A DNA stretch of 64,000 nt. Source: a bacterium (GTDB taxonomy: Bacteria; Zhuqueibacterota; Zhuqueibacteria; Residuimicrobiales; Krinioviventaceae). The DNA is taken from positions 704,001-768,000 of the forward strand of contig CAXXMD010000003.1 of assembly GCA_963675755.2 (NCBI GenBank), in the 5' to 3' direction. Below the pieces are notes generated by a model that worked only from the letters and a program-made list of their open reading frames with translations, was not told the origin of the DNA and searched no databases. The position numbers and the translations under genes were made by a program. Below are positions 40,399 to 50,050 of the stretch, in pieces; the stretch's first letter is position 1; the number at the start of each line of letters is the position of its first letter.

Positions 40399-43008
40399 AT
40401 GCGTTCCGGTATTTTAAACAGTATCATTATTTTTCTTTTCACATCAATCACATTACTTTATTCAGAAACCTATACCCGTGTGACCATACAAACGGGTGCT
40501 TCCGCGAGCGAGATCGAGCAAAACATTTCCAATCTGCTCGAGGACCGTCTGATCGAGGCCGGTATTGCGGACGTTAAAATCACCGCAGAGCAGACCGCAC
40601 CGCAATCCGGTGAGCTAGTCATCCTGTTGGGCACACCGCAGCATCACGCGGCAATCAAACAATGGATGGATGATCACCGCATCGGGCCGCTTTCTGAGCT
40701 GGCACCGGGTCCCGAAGGCTTTGTGCTGCAATGCTTTCCCCAACAGCACACGCTGCTCGCCGCGGGTGTGGACGAGCGCGGTTGTTTGTACGCTGTGGGC
40801 GAGATATTGCGCCAGTTCACCATCCGTAACGGATCAATCACCGTACCGGAAAACCTGTCTGTCCGTACGGCCCCGGCATTCGAAATCCGCGGTACTCAGT
40901 ACGGTCAGAGCGGTGTTGCCAAACGCCTGGCGCATGTGCGCGACTGGACCGATGCCGAGACCCAGCGCGTCATACTTGATTATGCCCTTGCCGGCGCCAA
41001 TATTTTCAGCACGGGTCCCGGACCCATGTTTGATTTTATCAAATCCTATGGACTCATGACACAGGGAGGTTTTGGCGCCAATACATCGGGACGGGATATT
41101 CCCCCCGAGTGGAACGCTTCCGAGTCCATTGGCCGGCTCGGTTATGTCTGTCTCTCGGTACCGGAAGCGCGCGAGTTTATGCTGAAAAAATGTGAGGATT
41201 ATTTTAAAACCAGTCCCACTTTTGATCTGATTAAATTCCACGGTGGAGACGGCGGTGGCTGCGAGTGCGACAAATGCGATCCTTACGGTCTTGTCTTTAT
41301 CAAAACCGTGGAAGAGATGGCAGCCATCATCCATAAATATCATCCCTCAACCCGCGTCTATTTCACCAATCAAAAATTCGACAATGCCGATGATAACGCC
41401 ATATTTCAGTACCTGCAGGAAAAACCGCGCGACTGGCTCTGGGCCTGGGGTTACGGTCCCGGATCAGACGCCACAAGCTGGCAGCCCGGCCATCGGCAGA
41501 CGCACCGCATGGACCTGTTCCGCTATCCCGGCTTCGGGCCGTACGGACTGTATCCCAAAGAGATTTTACACCAGCTCCCCAAACGTCATGTGCTGGTGTA
41601 TTACAACGAGATCACGCACTGGAAGTATGCACAGCATGCCTACATCCAGATGTATCCGCGGGCGGACAAGAACGGTGATCTACCGCCGCACTGGAGCCAC
41701 GAGATTTACGAGCGCCAACCCGATCAGTTTCTCACCATGGTCTACAACCGCCTCACCTTTTACGCCTGGCCGCGATTTTATCACCGGGTCTTTAACGATC
41801 TGATGCCCTATGGTGTTGGCGATATCACCCACTCGAGCGGCCACCATGACCATTACAATCAATGGATGTGGCAGCGACTGCTGTGGAATCCCCGAATGAC
41901 TGTTGAGGATGTAGTGAATGAATACTGCACCACCTGGTTCGGCCAAGAAGCCGCACCGCTCATGGCAAAGGCTATTTTGCAGCTTGAAAAGAATCTGGAA
42001 GAAATTCCGGGCATGCCCATTACTGAAAAAACGGGTATCGATTCCTGCTATGCATGGACAAAACAGGCCGGAGAGCTCATGCCTGACGAGTTGATGCAGA
42101 ACAACTGGCTGTGGCGCCAATTCATGCAAAAGGTAGCTTTGGACAAATACATCAAGCTGGCGGTACAACAGCAAATGGATTTACAGGCAAAAATCGAACA
42201 ACATGCACAATCCGCGCTCAACAACATTCAAAGCAACACGGAAATTGAAAAAATGCTGACCTGGTTTGGTGATATACCGGAGACAGTCGAAATGACAGCG
42301 CTACGGACAGAAGCGGGCCGCCTGGGTGAGGAGAGCAATGCCCTGTTTGGCGTGCGCAATGACGGATATTTCAATCTTGAACACGATTTCATCGGTCTGG
42401 GATGGTACAAACGTCAGCTTGAGCGTGCAAAAACTGCCAAAGGTGTAGAGAAATCCGAACTGCTTAGCATGATCACAGATTATGAAAATCCGGGCAATGA
42501 CAGTCAATACGACAATCTCGGCACCGCGAATCCCGCTCCCAATGTGGTATTCGGGTATCCGTACGATCACGGACAGCCGTACGTCTCGCAAATGCTGTCC
42601 GAGGGCAACCGTCCCTCCCAGCGCTCCATGCACTTTACCCAGGACGAGGACCAGGGCGTGACCCTGCAATACCGCGATCTGGACCCCAATGCCTCGTACA
42701 AGATCCGTTTTACCTTTGTGCGACCCTGGTACCAGGATCGTTATGCCTTCCGCATGGTGCAAAAAAGCCAGAGCATTTACGCAGATGATCAACTCCTTGC
42801 AGATAATAAAGAAATCCCCTTACAAATGAACGATTTTTTCACTTATGATATACCGCAATCCGTTATACAGGATGGTGAACTGACCATCCGTCTGGAACGC
42901 GCGCCCAATGTTGCCCGCGGCGACCGGGTATCCGTAGAACAGTGGCGCAATTCAGGCGGTTGGGGCACCATTGCTTCCGAAGTCTGGTTAATCAAAAAAG
43001 AGGAATAG
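40399..43008 (+). CDS. Secreted putative glycoside hydrolase (GH20/GH67-like N-terminal domain, barrel, C-terminal beta-sandwich), paralogue 1
   Basis: Signal peptide; GPEGFVL..AAGVDERGCLYAVGEILR; PAFEIRG; GGDGGGCECDKC; ENPG..YDNLG. Confidence 0.7.
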   Translation: MRSGILNSIIIFLFTSITLLYSETYTRVTIQTGASASEIEQNISNLLEDRLIEAGIADVKITAEQTAPQSGELVILLGTPQHHAAIKQWMDDHRIGPLSELAPGPEGFVLQCFPQQHTLLAAGVDERGCLYAVGEILRQFTIRNGSITVPENLSVRTAPAFEIRGTQYGQSGVAKRLAHVRDWTDAETQRVILDYALAGANIFSTGPGPMFDFIKSYGLMTQGGFGANTSGRDIPPEWNASESIGRLGYVCLSVPEAREFMLKKCEDYFKTSPTFDLIKFHGGDGGGCECDKCDPYGLVFIKTVEEMAAIIHKYHPSTRVYFTNQKFDNADDNAIFQYLQEKPRDWLWAWGYGPGSDATSWQPGHRQTHRMDLFRYPGFGPYGLYPKEILHQLPKRHVLVYYNEITHWKYAQHAYIQMYPRADKNGDLPPHWSHEIYERQPDQFLTMVYNRLTFYAWPRFYHRVFNDLMPYGVGDITHSSGHHDHYNQWMWQRLLWNPRMTVEDVVNEYCTTWFGQEAAPLMAKAILQLEKNLEEIPGMPITEKTGIDSCYAWTKQAGELMPDELMQNNWLWRQFMQKVALDKYIKLAVQQQMDLQAKIEQHAQSALNNIQSNTEIEKMLTWFGDIPETVEMTALRTEAGRLGEESNALFGVRNDGYFNLEHDFIGLGWYKRQLERAKTAKGVEKSELLSMITDYENPGNDSQYDNLGTANPAPNVVFGYPYDHGQPYVSQMLSEGNRPSQRSMHFTQDEDQGVTLQYRDLDPNASYKIRFTFVRPWYQDRYAFRMVQKSQSIYADDQLLADNKEIPLQMNDFFTYDIPQSVIQDGELTIRLERAPNVARGDRVSVEQWRNSGGWGTIASEVWLIKKEE

Positions 43009-43010
43009 AC

Positions 43011-45341
43011 ATGAAGAAAACAATACTCCTTTTCATTATACTCTGTCTGGCATTCAGCGGACAGGTCTTTTCGCAGCAAATCGATCTGTCTAGTGCGTCC
43101 ATTCTGGTATCGAAAAACATCAGAAAGCCGGTGAACGAGACACTGGTCCGGATGCTAAAAGAAGAAGTGGGCAAACGCACCGCTCTTGAGCTTAAACAAA
43201 CGACTAAAGTCAAAGATGCAACAGGACCCGTGATTACCATTGCCCTGTCCACTGATAAAAATCTGGGTGGAATCACTGTACCGCATCGTGATCCATCACA
43301 AGCCGAGCACAAGCCTGAAGGCTATCGCATTTTTACAACGGATTTTGAGGGCGCTCCCCTGGTATGGATCGTTGCGGCTGATGCCGGCGGTGCCGTATTT
43401 GGTGTTGGCAAGCTTTTGCGTTCCGCCATCATGATGGATGGACAATTCATTCTTGATCCCCTTGACGTTGCTTCCGCGCCCATGCAGTCCCTTCGCGGAC
43501 ATCAGCTCGGTTACCGCAACACGGCCAACTCGTGGGATGCCTGGAATGTACAGCAATTCGAACAGTACATCCGTGATCTGGCAATATTCGGCACGAATGC
43601 CATTGAAAACATTCCCTTTGGTAAAGACAATGACAGTCCGCACATGCCCATTTCACGCGAGCAGATGAACATTGAGATGAGTAAACTTTGCGACGCTTAT
43701 GACATGGACTATTGGGTGTGGACACCCGCTGAATTTGATCTGAACGATCTTGAAAAACGTTCAGCCATGCTGGAAACGCATGAACAATTTTACAAAGAAA
43801 CACCCCGCCTGGATCAGATTTTCTTTCCCGGCGGCGATCCGGGCCACAATCATCCCAGTCTGGTATTGCCTTTTTTAAAAGACCTGCACGAGTGCTTGAT
43901 CAAATATCATCCCAGCGCAGGTATCTGGATCTCGTTACAGGGATTCAGTGCCGAGCAGGTGGATTACTTTTACACCTATCTTGAAGAAAACAAACCGGAC
44001 TGGCTCCGCGGTGTGGTTTCGGGCCCCAGCAGTCCGCCGATTGCAGATACCCGTCACCGCCTTGATCCGAAATACAAGCACCGCCAGTATCCAGATATCA
44101 CCCACAATGTGCGCTGCGAGTTTCCCACACTCAACTGGGACCAGGCGTTTGCGCTCACCATTGGGCGTGAAGGCACAAACCCCCTGCCGAATTATTACGC
44201 CAAAATCCATGCTACCTATGCACCCTTTACAGATGGATTCGTGACCTATTCCGATGGATGTCACGATGACGTTAACAAGGTGGTTTGGAGCATGCGTGGT
44301 TGGAACATAAACACCCCGGTACACGATATTATTTTGGATTACAGCCGCTTCTTTTTCGGTCCGCAGCTCACGGAAAAAACAACAGACGGTATTTTTGCCC
44401 TTGAACAGAACTGGAAAGGGTCCATCGTTGAGAATGGTGGCATAGAAACCACCTTTGCGTTCTGGCAAAATCTGGAGCATGACAATCCACAACTGGCGGA
44501 CAACTGGAGATGGCAGCTATTGGTACTTCGTTCCTATTACGATACCTATCAGCGTCGCCGCAAGATCTATGAACAGGGTCTGGAAACCGAGGCCAACGCA
44601 GTCCTTGCGCAAGCCAAAACCCTGGGAGCAGACAAGGCAATGGACAAAGCGATGGAAATCGTCAACAAGGCCGATACCGAACCGGTAGCGCAGGACCTGT
44701 ACGTCAAGATCGTGCAGTATTGCGATGATCTGTTTCACTCGATCGGATTGCAAACCAGTGTGGAAAAATACCAGGCATCCGGGGCACAGCGCGGCAGCAT
44801 TCTCGACTTTGTGAACCATCCCCTCAATAACAGATGGTGGCTGCAGGACCAGTTTAACAAAATACGAGGAATGGATTCCGAAGCAGAAAAACTCACGCGA
44901 CTGGAGATCATCCGTACCTGGGAGAATCCGGGTCCTGAAAGCTATTATGACAATATTTCCGACATTGAAACCGGGCCACGTGTACTCACCACCTCTTTTG
45001 ATGCCTGTGATGTAGCCTGGTGGGACAATGGGTTCAGCCGCAAACGGCTGTCATCCCAACTCTTTCAGACCGATCCGGTGCTGGAATATGACAATCTGGA
45101 TTTTAACGGACGCTATATCATCCGTGTTGCGGGCCAGGGAGACGCGCTCATCCGGGTGGATGGTGAACGCCTGGAACCGGTTGTGTATGATAAAGAAATT
45201 GAGGGATTTAAAGAATTTGTGGTCCCCAAACATATAACACGGGACGGCAAAATGCGTGTCACATTCGACCGTCCCGAAGAATCTCATTTAAACTGGCGTA
45301 AATATTCTCACATCTCGGATGTGTGGGTAATCAAACGCTAA
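43011..45341 (+). CDS. Secreted putative glycoside hydrolase, paralogue 2
   Basis: GAGG SD then MKKTILL signal peptide; KPEGYRI..GAVFGVGKLLR; LRGHQLGYR; PGGDPG; PDITH; SDGCHDDVN; ENPGPESYYDN shared with 40399. Confidence 0.72.
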   Translation: MKKTILLFIILCLAFSGQVFSQQIDLSSASILVSKNIRKPVNETLVRMLKEEVGKRTALELKQTTKVKDATGPVITIALSTDKNLGGITVPHRDPSQAEHKPEGYRIFTTDFEGAPLVWIVAADAGGAVFGVGKLLRSAIMMDGQFILDPLDVASAPMQSLRGHQLGYRNTANSWDAWNVQQFEQYIRDLAIFGTNAIENIPFGKDNDSPHMPISREQMNIEMSKLCDAYDMDYWVWTPAEFDLNDLEKRSAMLETHEQFYKETPRLDQIFFPGGDPGHNHPSLVLPFLKDLHECLIKYHPSAGIWISLQGFSAEQVDYFYTYLEENKPDWLRGVVSGPSSPPIADTRHRLDPKYKHRQYPDITHNVRCEFPTLNWDQAFALTIGREGTNPLPNYYAKIHATYAPFTDGFVTYSDGCHDDVNKVVWSMRGWNINTPVHDIILDYSRFFFGPQLTEKTTDGIFALEQNWKGSIVENGGIETTFAFWQNLEHDNPQLADNWRWQLLVLRSYYDTYQRRRKIYEQGLETEANAVLAQAKTLGADKAMDKAMEIVNKADTEPVAQDLYVKIVQYCDDLFHSIGLQTSVEKYQASGAQRGSILDFVNHPLNNRWWLQDQFNKIRGMDSEAEKLTRLEIIRTWENPGPESYYDNISDIETGPRVLTTSFDACDVAWWDNGFSRKRLSSQLFQTDPVLEYDNLDFNGRYIIRVAGQGDALIRVDGERLEPVVYDKEIEGFKEFVVPKHITRDGKMRVTFDRPEESHLNWRKYSHISDVWVIKR

Positions 45342-45343
45342 GC

Positions 45344-47644
45344 TCAGTCACTTACCGGGGCGCTGATTACACCCAAAAAGCGCCCCATCCAATAGGGCAG
45401 TAAAAAGGTATCGCCAGCAGAAAGTTCGTGATGACGGTCACCGGCATCCAGCGTGAACCAACTGCGGTTGTGCTTGAGTGAGGGACGCTCATCCGGGGGC
45501 AGCACCTCGGCGGTTGTTTGTCCCCAGAAATCCTTTTCAACAAATTCTATGTCTTTGCGGTGACTGTTGATATTGGCAAACTGGATCATATCCAGGGGGA
45601 ATTCTTTTAAAGTCCAGACAGATTCATCCAGATCAAATTCCTTTGCACCGGTCAAGGCGTAACAAAAGTTCCACAACGGGTTCTTTTCGGGACGCTCCAT
45701 CTGCCAGTGGTCTTTTATAGCATCAAAATATTGGGTCTTTAATGTATCGTTAAACGCATAGGGATACAGTCCCCAATACGCCAGAAAATACATCTCGTCA
45801 TCCGAGTGGTTCCACTCTTCCGAAAGCATCCTGCTCCAACCATCCGCATCCTCCGGTGCATGCCCAATCTCTGAGAACGGACGCATCAGGTTTTCCAGAT
45901 ATCCGTATTCATTCATCAACTCGAATGCTTTGTCTTTATAAATATCTTTGCCGGTAAACCGGTATGCGGTTTGCAAAAACGCAACAATATTGGACGAACA
46001 GATTTTGCGGTCGCCAATCATGGTATCAAACCGGTTGACATATTCCGGGTTCCAGCGTCCCCACAGAGACGGCAGACCGTTATAATCGATCAAACACATA
46101 TCATTGGCAACAATATAGCCCATCAGATCATCCAGAATTTTTACAGCGCGGTCCCGCCATTCCGCATCCTCAATATATTCTGCAATGAGGGTCATGGCAA
46201 AAATCTGCCCAATGGTCTGATCACTGCTTGCGGAAGCGCGCCAGTCCCACTCGGGATCGTCAGCATGGCGCCAGCTAATGGTGCCCTGGTATCCGTCATA
46301 CCAGTAATGGTTCACATAATCACGATATTCTTTATGGAAATCCTGATAGCCCCGGCGCTCAAATGAACGACCAAACAATCCCTTGATATTATTAATGGTG
46401 TGAAAGCGCTCAAGCGCTTCAAAGGCCTCGTAAGCATTCTGTTTTGCTTCTTCCGAACCCGTTGACAGGTAACGAAAGATCTGACTGCCCAGGTACATGC
46501 TGGTCCACAGGTTGTCGCTGTCTGCCACCCAGTTCTCGGCAGTGGATAAATTATGGTCATTGAGTCTGGATACATTGACATTCACACCAAACCGGATGTG
46601 ACGTTGACGCACCTGTTTTTCATAAACCATGGCCTTTTCTTCCAGGGTCATTTCTTTAAAACAGATCTGTCCCAATCCCATATCGGTTAAAATGAGTACA
46701 GACCCTTCCGGTCCCGGGGCAATATGGGTAACCGCATCTCCGGGGAGCCAGCGACGACCATAATAATAATTGAATTTACCATCATCACGCAGCATAAACG
46801 CGCCTTTTGTGGATCCAAACCATATCTGCCCATTTACTTCCCGGATTGATGTGAGTTCGGTCCAGGGTAGTTTTTCGTTCAGGTCATTTACAAGCGTTCC
46901 GGAAGCATCCAGCACGTAATACCCGGCATCGCTACCCAGATACACTTTGCCGTTGGTTTGAGAAACATCAAAACAGGCCAATGAACCTTTGCTGTCCTGA
47001 AACACGGATTTTAATTTCTTATCCCCACTGGAATATACAAACAGGGTCTTTTGTGTTAATACCCAGTATTTTTGGTTCAAGGCATCATATTTTAAATCCA
47101 GTACACGATCATCTCGTACCGTGTCGAACCAGAGTTTCATGGAATCATTGATTAGCGCAACGGATTGGCCATCCGAGATCATGAATGTAAAATCTGGCCC
47201 GCCGCAAAGCAATTGCGCGGTTGGCATTTGATGTCTCGAGAATAGTTTTCCGGCCCAGGCATTACTGAAAATGGCCTCGTCATTCAGATAGACAAACTGG
47301 TTTTCATAGACAATCATGTCCTTTACATTCTTGTCCTTCATGGGACGATAACGGCGGTCCTGCTCAAGCGAACCGGGGATTTGAAGATGCCCGTTGTAGG
47401 GATTATAGAGATCGTTCGCGGCCAGCACCTGGATCACTTTATTGCGGTCAGCACCCACTTTGTGCAGTCCCTCGAGCTCTGCAGGATATTTCACTGCATA
47501 ATCCTGCAAATAAGGTACATCCTGATACACCGGCTGTCCGGCCTTGTTGACGGTAGAATCGGTAGATGAACAGGAAAAATTCAATAGAGATAACAGTATT
47601 GGAAAAAGAAAATGGATTTTCATAAGTGCACTCTCTGGATTCAT
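45344..47644 (-). CDS. Lipoprotein with N-terminal beta-propeller and C-terminal (alpha/alpha)-toroid domain, putative glycan-active enzyme
   Basis: Lipobox FSC; propeller-like N-half (IWFGSTKGA); helical C-half with DSDNLWTSMYL, SSDQ, DDEMYFLAY, FLLPYWMGRF. Confidence 0.7.
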   Translation of the reverse strand: MNPESALMKIHFLFPILLSLLNFSCSSTDSTVNKAGQPVYQDVPYLQDYAVKYPAELEGLHKVGADRNKVIQVLAANDLYNPYNGHLQIPGSLEQDRRYRPMKDKNVKDMIVYENQFVYLNDEAIFSNAWAGKLFSRHQMPTAQLLCGGPDFTFMISDGQSVALINDSMKLWFDTVRDDRVLDLKYDALNQKYWVLTQKTLFVYSSGDKKLKSVFQDSKGSLACFDVSQTNGKVYLGSDAGYYVLDASGTLVNDLNEKLPWTELTSIREVNGQIWFGSTKGAFMLRDDGKFNYYYGRRWLPGDAVTHIAPGPEGSVLILTDMGLGQICFKEMTLEEKAMVYEKQVRQRHIRFGVNVNVSRLNDHNLSTAENWVADSDNLWTSMYLGSQIFRYLSTGSEEAKQNAYEAFEALERFHTINNIKGLFGRSFERRGYQDFHKEYRDYVNHYWYDGYQGTISWRHADDPEWDWRASASSDQTIGQIFAMTLIAEYIEDAEWRDRAVKILDDLMGYIVANDMCLIDYNGLPSLWGRWNPEYVNRFDTMIGDRKICSSNIVAFLQTAYRFTGKDIYKDKAFELMNEYGYLENLMRPFSEIGHAPEDADGWSRMLSEEWNHSDDEMYFLAYWGLYPYAFNDTLKTQYFDAIKDHWQMERPEKNPLWNFCYALTGAKEFDLDESVWTLKEFPLDMIQFANINSHRKDIEFVEKDFWGQTTAEVLPPDERPSLKHNRSWFTLDAGDRHHELSAGDTFLLPYWMGRFLGVISAPVSD

Positions 47645-47857
47645 GATAGGATTTCTGGAATTGTTTTGAAATAATACTCATTTTCAACCAGAGAATCAAG
47701 CGTTGGATTGGATTGTGAAATTATTTGAGGGTAAAATGCAAATACGCAAAAACACTTGTAAAATTAAATTTATCATTTTAATGGAATAATTTTTGTTAAG
47801 TTTAGATTAGAAATATAAAAGAACAATAATGATCCATCAACACATATAAAGAAAATC

Positions 47858-47886
47858 TTGACAATTATAAAAATATTGATTACAAT
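47858..47886 (+). promoter_or_regulatory. Near-consensus sigma70 promoter for the structured RNA / NYN gene
   Basis: TTGACA (47858-63), 17-bp spacer, TACAAT (47881-86). Confidence 0.8.
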
Positions 47887-47892
47887 TAATCA

Positions 47893-47985
47893 TATTAGTA
47901 AATAAATAATTTCTATATATTCTCATCCCCCAAGGCATTGTGTCCTTGGGCCCCCCGGGTGTTACGATGCCCGGGGTTTTTATTT
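47893..47985 (+). ncRNA. Putative structured leader/small RNA: two GC-rich hairpins, the second terminator-like
   Basis: Hairpin 1 CCCAAGG(47929-35)/CCTTGGG(47944-50). Hairpin 2 CCCCGGGTGT-TACG-ATGCCCGGGG (47953-76, two G-U pairs) followed by TTTTTATTT. GC island in very AT-rich DNA. The 5' end is inferred from the promoter. Confidence 0.55.
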
Positions 47986-47996
47986 GGGGGCATTTC

Positions 47997-48641
47997 TTGA
48001 AAACCAATTTCCTAATTGACGGCTTTAATTTATATCATTCATTGAACGATGCCAGTAAAGATTTTGGATTAAACGGCAAGGGTATTAAATGGTTAGATAT
48101 AAAAATGTTATGTGAATCTTATTTACATCTTGTTGATAAAAATGCACAAATAAACAATATTTATTATTTTACTGCTTTGGCCAATTATTTAATAAGATTT
48201 AAGCCCCTTAAAGTAGAAAAACATAAAAAATACATTAAAGCCTTAAATTCTACAGGTGTAATTGATTGTAGAGGGAATTTCAAGAAAAAAACCGTATCAT
48301 ACAAAAACCATGCTGTTGATTTAAAATTCTTTAGTCATGAAGAAAAAGAAACAGATGTTGCAATATCCATAAAAATATTGGAAAATTTTATTAAAAACGA
48401 ATGTGATGTTCAAGTTATTATAACCGGAGATACAGATATTGCTCCTGCAATTCGACTTGCAAAAGAATTGTTCACTAATAAATTATTAATTGCCGGTTTT
48501 CCATACAAAAGAAAAAACAAAGAACTCGCAAAATTGGTTGATAAATCATTTTCCATTTCTAAAGAACAATATCTGAAATACCAATTACCCCACATTATAA
48601 ATGTAAATAATAAAAACATCACAAAACCTGAAAACTGGTAA
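47997..48641 (+). CDS. NYN domain (LabA/DUF88, PIN-fold) ribonuclease
   Basis: Start TTG 47997 after GGGGG. FLIDGFNLYH, IYYFTA, EEKETDVAI, ITGDTDIAPAI carry the conserved acidic residues; C-terminal YQLP..I.KPENW. Confidence 0.92.
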   Translation: MKTNFLIDGFNLYHSLNDASKDFGLNGKGIKWLDIKMLCESYLHLVDKNAQINNIYYFTALANYLIRFKPLKVEKHKKYIKALNSTGVIDCRGNFKKKTVSYKNHAVDLKFFSHEEKETDVAISIKILENFIKNECDVQVIITGDTDIAPAIRLAKELFTNKLLIAGFPYKRKNKELAKLVDKSFSISKEQYLKYQLPHIINVNNKNITKPENW

Positions 48642-48655
48642 ATAAAATACCAAAA

Positions 48656-49951
48656 TTACCGCATCAACACCAATTTTCGGGTTTCGCTAAATCCTCCAGC
48701 CCTCAACCGGTAAAAATAAACACCGGAAGCGAGTTGGTCTGATGATAAAGTTATTTGATAATTACCGGGGGTTTTTTTCTCATTGACCAACTGCTTAACC
48801 AGCTTGCCATTCACATCATATACACTCAATTTTACATGTGCCTGCCCTTGTAGCGCGTATTCAACAACCGTACTGCTGTTAAAAGGATTGGGATAATTTT
48901 GTTTTAACTTGAAAATTTCCGGTTGTTTGATATCTGGTTCTGTTATTTCTGTTACAGGATTATAACAAAACAATCCATTCCCCGTGCCTAAAAAGAGTTT
49001 TTGATAATATTTTGAATACAATAAGGGCAAATTTCTAAAACCACCTTCAAAAGCGTCATTATTGCCACCAACTTTATTCCAGCCAACTTTATTCATTTGC
49101 CTATTGTATACATTAATCTCTGTAGCAGGGAACATGTGCTTACTTATAAACAACAAAGAATCTGTTGCAAAGACGCTGGAAACAGAAGCTTTTTCAGGCA
49201 AACCTGTGTTTTCCTGTTCCCAGGTTATCCCCCCATCTCGGGAGATAAAGAATCCTTCCAGTTGAAAACAAATGATACAAGTAAAAGATGAATCTGTTTT
49301 AATGAATTTCAGATCTCGTATCGTATTGGCTAACGGTTGCTGCCAGGGTTCCCAGGTTTCACCAAAATCCAGACTTTTGTAGATCATATCCGACCTCGCG
49401 TCCGCAGCATATAAAGTCCTTTGATCAGGTCCGGTTTCAAGTACTTGTATCCTCATTGTGGAATCCAGCTTGGTCCATGATAATCCACCATCAAAACTTT
49501 TATACAGAGCAGACTTGGGAAGAAGCCAGTCATAATACTTGGCAGCCAATAACACCTGTGGATGAAGCGGATCGATGCGGACAAGCTCAAGATCATTATT
49601 CCAGCCATTTAATACGATTCCCGAATCAGATGTTACCCAGGATTTTCCGTGGTCAGTTGATTTGTATAAATGGTTGTAACAGGCTACATACAGTGTATCC
49701 GGATTCGTTGGATGAAAAACCATATCAACTACAGCATAATTTTCAAGTATGGAATCCCATGTGTTCCCCCCATCTGAGCTCTTGTAAAGTCCTCCATAAT
49801 TTTCATCAGTAACACATCCGGCCAAAAGTATACTACTGTCTGCAGGATCAGTTTTGATAAAACTGACCATTGTCCCCTGCATACCAACAGGCTCCCACTC
49901 TCCAGCTAATAGTAAACAAGGTAATAGTATAAAATAGAAAATTTTTCGCAT
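48656..49951 (-). CDS. Secreted BNR/Asp-box (VPS10-like) propeller protein with FlgD/T9SS-A-like sorting domain
   Basis: Five SxDxGxTW repeats; LKQNYPNPFNSST..LASGVYFYRL..RKLVLMR. Confidence 0.88.
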   Translation of the reverse strand: MRKIFYFILLPCLLLAGEWEPVGMQGTMVSFIKTDPADSSILLAGCVTDENYGGLYKSSDGGNTWDSILENYAVVDMVFHPTNPDTLYVACYNHLYKSTDHGKSWVTSDSGIVLNGWNNDLELVRIDPLHPQVLLAAKYYDWLLPKSALYKSFDGGLSWTKLDSTMRIQVLETGPDQRTLYAADARSDMIYKSLDFGETWEPWQQPLANTIRDLKFIKTDSSFTCIICFQLEGFFISRDGGITWEQENTGLPEKASVSSVFATDSLLFISKHMFPATEINVYNRQMNKVGWNKVGGNNDAFEGGFRNLPLLYSKYYQKLFLGTGNGLFCYNPVTEITEPDIKQPEIFKLKQNYPNPFNSSTVVEYALQGQAHVKLSVYDVNGKLVKQLVNEKKTPGNYQITLSSDQLASGVYFYRLRAGGFSETRKLVLMR

Positions 49952-50050
49952 ATCCCCACCTCATATGTAAACAAGAAATATCTGAGGGAGCGAATCCGCC
50001 TTTCACTCCCCATAGAACAATAACTATTTCATTAAATAAATGCAACTGTT

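Noticed and set aside
42942-43010. Longer start for the second hydrolase-like ORF
   Set aside because: It overlaps the upstream gene; ATG 43011 has an SD and begins a signal peptide.
47940-47996. N-terminal extension MSLGPPGVTMPGVFIWGHF of the NYN ORF
   Set aside because: It runs through the GC-rich hairpins and has no SD. NYN domains start just before the IDGxN motif, matching TTG at 47997.
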